Below, piece by piece: positions 14,286 to 28,985 of a stretch of DNA of 64,000 bases. Numbering within the stretch: position 1 is the stretch's first letter; every line of letters begins with the position of its first letter. Source of the stretch: Eledone cirrhosa (taxonomy: Eukaryota); assembly GCA_964016885.1 (NCBI GenBank), contig OZ024758.1, positions 3,286,001 to 3,350,000 on the forward strand. The letters are read 5' to 3'. The position numbers were made by a program, and so were the translations under genes. The notes under the pieces are model-generated. The model ran no database searches. It saw only the letters and a program-made list of their open reading frames with translations, and was not told the origin of the DNA.

Positions 14286-14478
14286 CTAATGACAATTGTG
14301 ATACAAGATTAAGTATATATATATATATATATATATACAGACACACACATATCACACGCACACATATATATACACACACACACATAGATATATGTGTATA
14401 CACACACACACACATATATGTGTATACACACATATATGTGTATATACACACACATGTGTATACACACACATATATATA

Positions 14479-14555
14479 CAGTTTGTCCCCAAAAATGTAT
14501 ACCTACTTCAACATCATTCTAATAAATATGTGTATATACTTTTTAGAACACCTTA
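14479..14555. mobile_element. Same ~80-bp Tc1/mariner MITE family, inverted
   Basis: Internal cttcaacatcattctaataaatat is the reverse complement of the 62373 copy interior. Confidence 0.65.
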
Positions 14556-14647
14556 TATATATATATACATACATACAGAGAGAGAGAGAGAGAGATAACG
14601 AGAAAGAGAAAGAGAAAGAGAGTAAGAGAGAGAGAAAGAGAGGGAGG

Positions 14648-14713
<66 letters not shown>

Positions 14714-14718
14714 TTTAC

Positions 14719-14864
14719 CTGCCAGCTTTAACCTACTATATGTTGAAATAACTAACATGCCGTGTATTGAAATATATATATATATATATATATAAAATAA
14801 TGGTGTTGCTAGATCTTTACTGAGCACACTAAAATAGGAATAGCTTCGTTTGCTACGTAAAACG
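14719..14864 (-). pseudogene. DNHD1-like exon remnant [49 protein letters not shown]
   Basis: ttgtttttacag acceptor, GCAG|gtaaat donor, phase 2 to 1, open, with an in-frame (TA)n tract. Confidence 0.6.
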
Positions 14865-15709
14865 CTGTAAAAACAACCCATGAATATTATATATGCAGTG
14901 TGAAGTAGCCACGCAACGCAGGTTAATATTTCTTGACATCTATATTAATACTTTTATGTATAAATACTGCATACAAGAATTGAAATGTTTGAACATGTAT
15001 ACAATTTCTTTTTACGCAAACATAAACGAGGTGATCATGTGCTCACGGATGTGCGCACGTGTACTACATACATTAATCTGTAAGAAAATAACTAAAGCGA
15101 TGCGGAATATTCACTGAAAGCTCATTTGTTTAATTTAAAGGCATGCAGGTGCAAAATTCACTGGAGATTTTAATTTGTATCACGTCATTTTATGCAGCTG
15201 TCCAAAATAACTGACAATTATCTGTGAAGAATTTCTGAGTACTGATTAACAACTAATACCAGGCACTACATTTCTCAAAGGATCAAATGATTAGGTGCAT
15301 TCATACCACATGAGTAGAACAAATATTTCTTCCTTTTGTTTTCTAATACATACACACAAATATACTGATTTCCAGCGTTAGAGATTATCGAAAGCTGTTT
15401 AAGCTAAAATACACCTCCAAACAAATCTCTATATTAAAAGAAAATCTTAAGAGACTTTTGTTTCCACCAATTTAAAATTGTGTACAGAAGATGACAACCG
15501 TCCGAACATCGTCAAATATATATGAACTTAGCGGTATAAATTCTGCTTGGTAAGGCGAATTAAACTTTCCAACACAAAGCCTTGCTAAAATTAACGTCTA
15601 CTTTGGAAAAGCACATTATATTTACTAGAATCATATACATTATTTTAATATTTAAACTATATTTTCCAAACTGTACATTGCTTATATTTATAACCAGGAG
15701 AGCAACAAC

Positions 15710-15938
15710 CTAGATGATCCTTCGTACATTAGGCACAGTACATTAACATCACTTCTTGATTTGATTTTTTTTATAGCAATATCAATCACTTCAGCTTTGG
15801 AGCCATAATCTTCGATCTTTCAATACATATTAGTCCACCATCTCTGAGATAAGGTGCCGTGGGATTCTGGTTTGACTGATATATTCAGCTGTCGAAGGGT
15901 TGGCGTAGTGAAGGAGAAATATTGCTTAAGTAGGTTAC
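15710..15938 (-). pseudogene. DNHD1-like exon remnant NLLKQYFSFTTPTLRQ...WWTNMY*KIEDYGSKAEVIDIAIKKIKSRSDVNVLCLMYEGSS
   Basis: 229-nt frame broken only by TGA at 15820-15822; ends in phase 2, compatible with the next exon; weak donor (gttgtt). Confidence 0.5.
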
Positions 15939-16465
15939 CTTAATTAACAATTTTATATTGAAGAAATTGATTAGAATTTCTGATGCCGTTAGTGAGACGT
16001 ACTATATTGAGGCATAGAGTGCATTGTATGTTTGGAGAGAAAAAAAAGAGATAAATGCATGTATACTACTATTATTCCAGAAAATATAAAGAACTCCCAG
16101 CAGTTCAAAACGGATTAAAACTAACAATTCAAATACAGAAATATCCGAGAAAAACAAACAACGGAGTAATCAAAATAAGACCAAAAGAAAGAGTTGGCAG
16201 AGACAAAAGAAGAAATTGTCATAGAGGAGGTCAGAGAACACGTAATATTCGTCAATTGGCCAATGAACTTCTATTTGAAAGAAGGATTTCCCTTAGTGAT
16301 GACATTTGACTTTTAATCTTCAAACTTTGATTGTTCCATTCTGGGCCTCATGGTTATATATATATTAATCCGAGATAATCCAGATACGGCTGGGTTAGTT
16401 CAGATCTAGCTATCAAAAGAGGTGGAGCTCAGTCGTCCGGGACCTGACTCTTTTTCTATATAATA

Positions 16466-16500
<35 letters not shown>

Positions 16501-18979
16501 ATTTTTTATTTATTTCTTTGAAAATATATTGCTGTGAAACACGAATTGTCAATTATGCAAATTTTTCTACCGATGTATGATCTACTTGATTATATGAACG
16601 CGCGAGGCTTACTTGATTTTATATAAATCCTTTCATTTCTGTAATATATTTCACTTAACATAAGAGTAGTTTTAAATATTTTAGAACGCCTAGTGTTATT
16701 TCATATTCTATAGAATACTGGTTAATTTTTTTATTCATCGAAAAGCAGACATTTTCTTCCCTATTAAAATGCTTCAATGAATCTTAAAATAGAATTTGGA
16801 TGAGACCAAACATTACCAATTGTTTATGTATTCCATCAGCAATTTTCCACGCGTCTCCTATTTACAAAAAGAGATGCTTTAATGAACTATTATTACGATA
16901 TCACTCATAAGCTAACATTAAGAGGAATTTAAATTTTCGATAATTTCTTGCCTCCGTGCAAAACATTACAAGGCAATTGTGTATAAATCGATTATCGTAA
17001 TTGCAGGCGATTCATGATACTATTGTTTCGAGAATTTGGCAAAGTTCAAGACCAGTTAATGTAGATGTATTTCTTTTGTAATCACGAGAAGTATAATTTT
17101 CATTTGGATAATATAGAATAATGAAACTCTCTATGACAGAAGGTAATAAGTATGATTAAGCACAATAAGGAGGTTAAATACGATAACGAGTTACATTTCT
17201 TGCGAAGGACCGTCACATGAAACTAGAAGTATTACCATGTGATATGTAAAACATTAAACTTTATAACTTGACTTTTCATTTTTAAGTAGTAATTCGGTCG
17301 CTACCCACTGTCCTCTCTCTACAGTCCCGGCTACCTTACACGGCATGCTGCTCCCAGCGAGGTAATTAAGCACGGCGTGGATGTTACAGGTTTCCCCTCC
17401 CGACTCGAGCCAGCGAGGAAACGCCTTCTCTATTTTGTCCGCCGGGGTCCGGCGACCACCAGCGCATGGGCCCCCATTTGCTCATAATAATGAGAGATGG
17501 TGGAGAGCGGAAGAGACAGTGGAAGTTTGGTTCTTTTGTGTTTGGACCTGGTGGATATGCATATGTTTAACGGACGCACACTCACCTTTGTAAGGTAACC
17601 CATGAACAACATGTACAGCAGTTAGGAAGACACCTGTAAATCATAACGCAAAAACTAATTCTCCGTCTCACAATTATTTGCGATAGCTTGCCAAATATCG
17701 TATATGTATATCCTCCAGATAACCTGAGATTTTGTATATTATAAATATGCATGTATGTGCATGTGTGTGCGCGTGTCTACCTGTATGTGTGTATATGATG
17801 ATGGTATATAGAGATGGACGTTTATCATAGTATATTTCAGTGGCTACACTTGCTTCAATGTCTTTAATAAGTCTTATGCGGAATAGTATATCGGACCTCA
17901 TTGAAACGTGAAGGACATTGCCGCACTCTTTAAGTTACAAGACTGTGTAGATAGTCTCACCACAATTTGACACCCTACCACCTAATTATCAATGAGAAGA
18001 ACCCATATATATAATTTCCAACAATATGGACAAGTTGATTAAACTATATAATATGAATTAGTGCATCTCATCTGTATCAGTTCCGCCATCAAATCTACGA
18101 CTGTCCTAGACTAATATAATATACGCAAGACATCAGTAGCTGACTTGGTAACATCGAGAATAGAGCTGTCTGCATATTCGGCGAGTTAGTTCTTTTATAC
18201 TTTGTTATCGAATAGCCCTAGCCTTAAGGAGATAATCCAATATGAAATGGGTCGTCGATATTTGTATAATTTTGAACTACAGCAAGTGACTATTATTCGA
18301 CTACTGGGCCGGCTCGTGTGTTGTCTTCACGAGGAAAGCACTTCATTTAACGTGGCTCTATCATATTCAGTGGTAAATGAATACCAACAATAATGGTATA
18401 TCTAAATATTCTGAAATCGATGGTTATATAAAGGCTGAATGTCAATCATCATTGGTCTGTTCGATCAATGGGTGAGGTGCACACCACTCATGCACACCTT
18501 CCAGCTGGTCCCGACAAAATCAAACGACATCAATTCATCGGCTGTATCCCAAAGTGATAAAAGCCATATAGCAATTGTAAATTCCTAAAGAAGATATGGA
18601 GGTGGTGACAATAGTAGTCAGTGTACGGATATTTGTAAGAGCCATGAAGGCTGATGCGACAACGGCCATTTTATTTTGGTATGATGTGATTTATATTTGT
18701 TTGAAAGATATGTAACTTATTTATTTTTCGTCATATATTAGATATCTGTTCATAGATATAAAAGAATAACTATTACTATAATGTAGCACACTACTTTATT
18801 GCTACAATATTATGGTACATAGCATACATATGATATAACGTAAATCTTAGAGTTAGTAAATATGGTTCTAATCCACGAAGAAACGATATACTTTGAAATA
18901 CCTTGCCCAAATATGCAAACAGCATAAGTGATTTACATCCAGTTTCTATGTATTCATATAAAGATTAGGTTTGATGAAA

Positions 18980-19084
18980 CAAGATTTGAGCTAGGCACTA
19001 TGTAGATCATATTAGTGTCTAAGCCATTGCATTGTTACATGATTGGAAGGGGTATCATTGCGTTAAGAGACGGAAGAATATTAG
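18980..19084 (+). pseudogene. DNAAF9-like remnant HYVDHISV*AIALLHDWKGYHCVKRRKNI
   Basis: Ends AG|gtaatg; in-frame TAA; start approximate. Confidence 0.35.
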
Positions 19085-19959
19085 GTAATGTTATGGATTC
19101 TTTTATTAAAAATTCTCCATAATGTATGAATGATATAAGGCTTCAATCCATTGTAAACTCTAGAAAGATAAACGTGCTGCAGAATGTGAAGTAAATTAAA
19201 AGCCGTTGCGCCATGATTTCATGCACAAAAGGTATAAAGGAATAACGTACATTATCAATCTATTAAGGCTAGGATAAGTGCCCCTCCAATATATGAAATA
19301 GTTATCTATGTTGTTAAGATTTCATATTTAAAAGTATGTGGATAATTTATTATGAAGAATTGATACATTATTTTAACATTGTGAACACAATGTCATATTG
19401 AGTAGAAATATGCTTGAACTAAACAATATATTTCCGTGTTATAAAACAATAATTATGCATTTAATGCAGAGAATAGAATAATAATAATCAGAGGGCAAAT
19501 TATGTATTAGTATTTATATAATATTATTTGGGTTCTTTCAGCAAATACATGAAGGAATTCTAGGAGAAATTCAGTCTTATTGACCATAGCCGTGAAACCT
19601 AGACTCCACCATAATTATAGTTATAATGGTGAATATATGAGTACTTGAATCTACAAAGATGCAAGAATATATCTAAGTGAATTAACCAAAAATAGTTTTT
19701 CGGGTTGAAAGATATATCAATACACACATACTTCTTGTTTATGTGATGTAGAACAAGTGGACTTGAAAATCAAATTATTCATATTATATTATCGTTCAAC
19801 AAACTTTCATGTCTTGTAATTAACAATTTAATATGTATATGCTATCTTAAAATATCCCACCTGTTGCCCTTTAGCAATGCTATTTCTATGTTTTAATTTA
19901 AACACAATATTTGCCTCGGGGATTCTGTCTCTGTACAGTCTGTAATTTATTGATCAGTT

Positions 19960-20250
19960 TTGAAACAAGGCTTACTGCCGTTGTTGCAAGAATCCAAGTG
20001 CAGAAAATATTTTGAATATATTTTTTAAAGTAAAATATATTTGATTTTCGGCTCTCGGCTGTGGAAGATATTTACGATCTGTTTAGTTCATTGCAATAAC
20101 AAAACTGCTACAGGAGATATTGATGTGTTTGATGAATGTGATGGTTTTTTTCTTACATAATATTTTGCATAACATATGTGTCTTTCTCATAACTATTAGT
20201 GATAGTCAAATACTTCGTAGAATAGAAAACTCTTTAGAAACGCATTTTAA
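19960..20250 (+). pseudogene. DNAAF9-like remnant (IYDLF...DGFFLT*Y), heavily frameshifted
   Basis: Motif order resembles IFDMFVVEKWPIVQAF...DGFFTMKY; boundaries approximate. Confidence 0.35.
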
Positions 20251-20429
20251 TGGTTTCACAAGGTCAACAATTTTTGTGGAAGGGAAAGTTGATTAAATCT
20301 ACCCCAGTGTATTACTAGTGCTTATAAGAATTATCTTTACAAGATATGATAGCATCTTTTTGTCACATATTCAATGGTCGTATACATATATATATTTATA
20401 TTTTCTATGAATGCTAAAATTCCTGATAT

Positions 20430-20820
20430 CGATGGACGAATTCTCCCCAGCCGTCTGTCCGTCATCATCGCTGCCATATACTGCATCTCCCAGATACATT
20501 TATCTCTCCTTAGGACATCAATATATGGCATCCTCGTTCTTCCTCTTCTAGTGTGTCCACAGAGGGGTTCGCACAGGAGCACAAAGTGCAGTGTCAAATC
20601 TGAATGTCAGTGGTAATGTCCAGATAACCTCAGTCTCCTCCGTCTTACTTTCTTGCTGACGTTTGGAAGGTACCCGCACAACTCTAAATTCTTCATCCTC
20701 AGTCTATACTGATTAATGTTCAGGCCATCTTCAGCATCACAGTGTAGCCCCTAACCCCCATCTGATTGGCTCTCTTGGTCAATGTCGAAGTCGCGCGTGC
20801 GCACACACGCACTTCTATAC
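20430..20820 (-). mobile_element. RTE-clade LINE 3' fragment
   Basis: RRLRLSGH...EPLCGHTRRGRTRMPYIDVLRRD...MTDR, typical RTE C-terminus. Confidence 0.8.
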
Positions 20821-21086
20821 CTTTCATTTATGTATGTATGTATGTATGTATGTATGTATGTATGTATGTATGTATGTATGTATGTATGTATGTATGTATG
20901 TATGTATGTATGTATGTATGTATGTATGTATGTATGTATGTATGTATATATATAGAGAGAGAGAACACTGGAAGGTAATATCCGTAGTGGTAGAGCACTC
21001 AGTCCATGGGACGAGTTTGGTAGAAGTAACACAACATGGAGAACTACCTGATGTGTTACTACTTCTACATACACACACACATACTC

Positions 21087-21130
<44 letters not shown>

Positions 21131-21721
21131 TGTATGTATTGTTAAATTCTGATAAGACAACTAGTTATGTATTACGTGTTCTTTGAGCTCTCAGCAAACA
21201 TTCTACTCAAATGTCACAGTTCCTACATACAATAATTATGCAATAATTAATTATTTAATTATTGTTCATTATAGTGACGTATCGTCAGGAATAGCAATAT
21301 AAATTTGAAGATGGTTGCAAAGATCCGTGACTAAAAATATAATATTTAAACAATGAAACTTGTACAAGAAGACGCATAATTAAAATTACATCTACTTGAG
21401 AAGATATAATGATTTCATAGACATAATACTATATTCTATATAGTATCTACAATAAATCACAATATATTCTGTACTAAATGGAGTTTTGATTATGAATCTT
21501 TCTGTGCATGTTTTAACTTTACATACTTGTTTGTTCTCCTCAATTTATATATTCACATTTATATTGTTTCGTCTGACAGTTATTTTGCTATAATTAGCAA
21601 TTTGCCAATTAATGAATTGCATAATTAATGACATAGGAATATGATCAGAAACTCTGGCACCTGGCTCTGATGTGAATATGCACGAAACAATAAAATACAC
21701 TAATGAGTACATGAAGTATAC

Positions 21722-21754
<33 letters not shown>

Positions 21755-22041
21755 CACAGAGACGAAGTGGGCTGCAAAGATCATTGTCTGATTATGAAAT
21801 ATAATATAGTGTGTGAGTATATCTATATTGTGTCGTCAAGTATGAGATTTATAGAGATTTTGAGGATAAAAATAATTTCCTAAAAATCTCATACTTGATG
21901 AGCCAATATATATATATATATTTATATATCGGTTAAATATACAGATATAAATAAATAAATATACATACACACACACACACATATATATATATTTATATAT
22001 CGGTTAAATATACAGATATAAATAAATAAATAAATAAATAA

Positions 22042-22086
<45 letters not shown>

Positions 22087-22302
22087 ATCAAAGGTCATTC
22101 GTCGCATATCTACTACATCAGTGGTACTATTATGTTTCCTCCCATTCTACATCACCGACGTTTGTTTTAACTTAGAATATTGCTGTTACAATACGGTTAT
22201 TGAGCGCAAAGAACGTAGACAATAGAGGAAGGTAAGGAGTTTTTACTGTCAAACAAATAGTTACAATTGAAGCACGCTTATCTCTTTATGATGCTGATTC
22301 AG

Positions 22303-22620
22303 CGAAATATAGAATTTCCAGTGTCATGGGCCAGTCATTATAACGGAATATATGAGAGTCAAGTATTAAGCTTTGCCAAACGTGATCCTAAGATTTGGTA
22401 CGGGACTATTTGTTCAATATATTCTCTGCTAAGATTTATATATAAAGCTGTTCTTCTATCCACCACCTGAGAACCCGCGCATATGGGAGTTATCTTCTCC
22501 ACAACACATGAATTACTACGCAGCAAAAACCGGCCATTGCTGCATTACTATATGGTCATCATTCATTATAATATTTGCAATATATTCTAGAGACCTGCGT
22601 CTGTCGACTTCTATTTAATT
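22303..22620 (+). pseudogene. DNAAF9-like exon remnant RNIEFPVSWASHYNGIYESQVLSFAKRDPKIWYGTICS
   Basis: attcag acceptor; overlaps ORF 22267..22470; resembles GEPFRSYFSHG...RQPFVLFG; end approximate. Confidence 0.5.
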
Positions 22621-22679
22621 TGATGTGCAGCTAAATATCATATGCTGTATACATACAGAATATTTTACGATAATTTAAC

Positions 22680-23810
<1,131 letters not shown>

Positions 23811-24420
23811 TATTTTGACAAACAAAGGCCTACGTTGATATGCACAAGAATGAACAAATCTGTCTATACTTATTCTCGCGTTTAATTAGAACCTTTTGCT
23901 TCAGTTAAATTACTAACCATGCTCTGTATTATTGAAAGAAAAATCTTGCTGTCAATTTGTATTTCCATCTCACATTGTAAATATGCAATTTTGCTTTGAT
24001 AGATATTCGATAATGTTTCTAATATCCTCACAGAGAGAATCTATACACTCTAGTACATTTCTCTGATATTTACTACATGTATGTATGTTGCATGTATATA
24101 TATATATATATATATAAAACCATATACACCTCTACACATGTTCACCTATATACACCTATATACACGTATCCCTATATACACATACTTATATGCACCTATC
24201 TATACACATACTTATATACACTTATGTACCTATATATACATTATATAATATATATATATATAAATATATATATATATACATTATATACATTTTTATACAT
24301 GTGGTTATTTAGTTGTATATATGTTTGAGTGTATGTACGTGTGTATACTGAGATTGATAGAAAGAAGGAAAAGGATTTCGGCTATTTACATGTGTAGCAA
24401 TAAGCACCAGAAGTGTGTGT

Positions 24421-25035
24421 GTATATATATATATAAATATAATATATATAAAATATATATATAATATATAATATATAATATATAATATATATAATATATA
24501 TAATATATAATATATATAATATATATAAAATATATATATAATATATAATATATATAATATATATAAAATATATATACAATATATAATATATATAAAATAT
24601 ATATATAATATATAATATATATAAAATATATATATAATATATAATATATATAAAATATATATATAATATATAATATATATAAAATATATATATAATATAT
24701 AATATATATAAAATAAATATATAATATATAATATATATAAAATATATATATAATATATATAATATATATAAAATATATATATAATATATATAATATATAT
24801 AAAATATATATATAATATATATAATATATATGTATAATATATAATATATATGAAATATATATATAATATATATATAATATATAATATATATAATGTATAT
24901 GTATAATATATAATATATATAATATATATGAAATATATATATAATATATATATAATATATATGAAATATATATATAATATATATAATATATATATAATAT
25001 ATATATAAAATATATATAATATATATAATATATAT
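24421..25035. repeat. (TATAA/TA)n satellite
   Basis: Direct reading. Confidence 0.95.
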
Positions 25036-25260
25036 TTTTAAGGAACGATCGACTTTCGTCAAATCGAACCGAGGGAACAATGTTTCCGTTGGTCTTTCCA
25101 ATTGCTAATACTACCTGTCGGTCGCAACTCCAGGTAGAAGGAGCAACGTGAAATAAAGTGTCTTGCTCAAAGACATAACGCATCACCTGGTCCAGGAATC
25201 GAAATCACAACCTTACGATTGCGAATCCAATTCTCTAACCACACAGCCACACGCCTTCAC
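25036..25260 (-). mobile_element. tRNA-derived CORE-type SINE
   Basis: gtgaaggcgtgtggctgtgtggttag head, ttcgattcc B box, tgtctttgagcaagacacttt core; a tail fragment recurs at ~50998-51062. Confidence 0.85.
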
Positions 25261-25393
25261 TATAATATATATATATAATATATAATATATATAATATATA
25301 TGTATAATATATAATATATATAATATATATGAAATATATATATAATATATATATATAAATATATATACACATATATATATAATATATATACAC

Positions 25394-25441
<48 letters not shown>

Positions 25442-27038
25442 CACACACACATATATATATATATACACACACACACACATATATATATATATACACATAT
25501 ACACACATATATACACACATACATATATATATACACATATACACACATATATACATATACACACATACATACATATACACACATACATATATATATACAC
25601 ACATACATATATATATACACATATATATATATATACACATATATATATATATACACATATATATATATATACACATATATATATATATACACATATATAT
25701 ATATATACACATATATATATATATACACATATATATATATATATACACATATATATATATATATACACATATATATATATATATACACATATATATATAT
25801 ATACACATATATATATATATACACATATATATATATATACACATATATATATATATACACATATATATATATATACACATATATATATATATACACATAT
25901 ATATATATATACACATATATATATATACACAAATATATATATATATACACATATATATATATATACACATATATATACATACACATATATATACATACAC
26001 ACATATATATATATATATACACACGTATATATATATATATACACACGTATATATATATATATACACACGTATATATATATATATACACACGTATATATAT
26101 ATATATACACACGTATATATATATATATACACACGTATATATATATATATATACACGTATATATATATATACACACGTATATATATATATATACACACGT
26201 ATATATATATATACACATATATATATATATATACACATATATATATATATATACACATATATATATATATATACACATATATATATATATATACACATAT
26301 ATATATATATATACACATATATATATATATATATATACACATATATATATATATATACACATATATATATATATATACACATATATATATATATATACAC
26401 ATATATATATATATATACACATATATATATATATATACACATATATATATATATATACACATATATATATATATATACACATATATATATATATATATAT
26501 ACACATATATATATATATATACACATATATATATATATATATACACATATATATATATATATATATACACATATATATATATATATATATACACATATAT
26601 ATATATATATATACACATATATATATATATATATATACACATATATATATATATATATACACATATATATATATATATATACACATATATATATATATAT
26701 ACACATATATATATATATATACACATATATATATATATATATATACACATATATATATATATACACATATATATATATATATATACACATATATATATAT
26801 ATATACACATATATATGTATATATACACATATATATGTATATATACACATATATATATATATATACACATATATATATATATATATACACATATATATAT
26901 ATATATATACACATATATATATATATATATACACATATATATATATATATATACACATATATATATATATATATATACACATATATATATATATATACAC
27001 ATATATATATATATATACACATATATATATATATATAT

Positions 27039-27087
<49 letters not shown>

Positions 27088-27542
27088 TATATATACACAC
27101 ACATATATATATATATATACACATATATATTTATGCACATATATATATATATATATACACATATATATATATATACACATATATATATATATATATATAC
27201 ACATATATATATATACACATATATATATATATATATACACACATATATATATATACACATATATATATATATATATACACATATATATATATATATACAC
27301 ATATATATATATATACACATATATATATATATATACACATATATATATATATACACACATATATATACACATATATATATATATATATACACATATATAT
27401 ATACACATATATATATATATATATACACATATATATATACACATATATATATATATATATACACATATATATACACATATATATATATATATATACACAT
27501 ATATATATATACACATATATATATATATACACATATATATAT

Positions 27543-27583
<41 letters not shown>

Positions 27584-27759
27584 TATATATATACACATAT
27601 ATATATATATATATACACATATATATATATATATATACACATTATATATATATATATATATATACACATTATATATATATATATATACACATTATATATA
27701 TATATATATATATACACATTATATATATATATATACACATTATATATATATATATACAC

Positions 27760-27805
<46 letters not shown>

Positions 27806-27807
27806 TA
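25261..27807. repeat. [(TA)n CAC] minisatellite, ~16-22-bp units
   Basis: Direct reading; CACG variant block ~26020-26200, CACATT block ~27637-27765. Confidence 0.95.
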
Positions 27808-28528
27808 TCCACCTCCGTGAGTGTGTGTATGAGTGAGCGAGTGTGAGTGTGAGTGAGTGGTGTGTAATTACGAATGCACATTCATATACACATAGAACAG
27901 AATTTGCTAGACAAATGAAACTAAATCGTAGAGTACAGACAATTCAGTTGTGCTATCTCATTATCGTAAATATTCCTTCTAAGACTTCAATCTAATCATG
28001 TTGCTCAGTCTAATGAAATATTAATTTGACCCGTACACATATATATACACACAATTATTGCTGTAGTAGAGAGCTTCGATTTAACATGTCTGGAGAAGGC
28101 GTTTTATGTTATTATCATGGATATTGGCTTTCCAAAACCATTGAGTGCATTAGACTGCACGTAATGAATGTTTTCATTAGTTTCAATTTTCAAACGTTCA
28201 TATATTATATTTTGATATCTTGATGTTAATGATTATATCTCATGCTAGATTTTTAAATGTTTATTGAAATAAACACTAGTCAAGCCTCCTAGGGAACTAC
28301 TTAATACATAGAAACGTATTACATGTTTTGTTTAAGTATGACCTACATTACTATATAGCTTATATATAAAGTCCCGTCTGAACAAATTCCAGTGAAGTTA
28401 CATGCGATACATTACTTCAGATAAGACAAAAAAAACATTTAATGACCATTTGCCTTAAACTGTTTTATCCAAATTTTCATTCATCCGTTGGTTTATCTAA
28501 GACAATACGTATGTATAGTTATATACAT

Positions 28529-28742
28529 CAGGCATGTCAAACAAAGCCTGATGGTAGCATGCGTCCCTTTACAAGCACATCATCGGCCCGCACATGATTT
28601 TACAGCGCGAGCATCTTCTATCTTCGTAATATAAATTAAAAAAATAGTTAGTTGTCATGTGCGCAATTATTTGTGTGTGGCCCTCAGACGACACATATGT
28701 GACGCATGTAGCCCTCGGGGCATCCTAACCTTGACAAGCCTA
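28529..28742. mobile_element. hAT (Charlie-like) MITE
   Basis: TIR caggcatgtcaa / ttgacaagccta, subterminal cggcccgc, 8-bp TSD atatacat/acttacat. Confidence 0.75.
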
Positions 28743-28764
28743 ACTTACATTATATGAACACAGA

Positions 28765-28985
28765 GTGAAGGCGCATAGCTTAATGGTTAATGCTTCGAGC
28801 GTACGATCATGAGGTTGTGGCTTGATTCCTGGAACGAGGAGTGTGTTGTGTTCTTTAGGATTTTTATATCACGTTGCTCCAGTTCACAAAGCCGTGGAAG
28901 TGAGTTGCGACATCACATATGCCATGTGTTTTATCGGGCTTTGCCTTGGACAACATCGAGGGTCTGGAGTGGAAAGACTGTAGAA
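28765..28985 (+). mobile_element. tRNA-derived CORE-type SINE, degenerate
   Basis: gtgaaggcgcatagcttaatggtta head and tcacgttgctcc body shared with 25036-25260. Confidence 0.75.

Larger units (their letters stand above)
214..15938 (-). pseudogene. DNHD1: Disabled DNHD1-like (dynein heavy chain domain 1) gene, N-terminal part; continues beyond window start
   Basis: Twelve collinear exon remnants, mostly AG/GT-bounded with compatible phases. Peptides match recalled human DNHD1 in order: YSYFSVLSKDLATPLFY..ISIHGMLVI ~ PYSLMVVPPDKVNPEHYIFSPFGILHV; QQCTIPLCKIHILR*F ~ QQLQFIPFFKYCLLRKSF; ILSRQLMISLP ~ FLENHLLLAVP; KICRIMDY ~ KFARLVDY. Several in-frame stops and frameshifts. Confidence 0.62.

Noticed and set aside
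16055-16309. 84-aa basic plus-strand ORF
   Set aside because: No homology recognised; may simply be antisense to decayed DNHD1-like 5' sequence.
17330-17470. HDV-like ribozyme suggested by CCTCGCTGG on the minus strand
   Set aside because: I could not build the P1/P2/P3 nested double pseudoknot.
19976-20078. Minus-strand open exon candidate RKYLPQPRAENQIYFTLKNIFKIFSALGFLQQR with gtaagc donor
   Set aside because: Overlaps the plus-strand DNAAF9-like remnant and has no phase-compatible partner; left unresolved.
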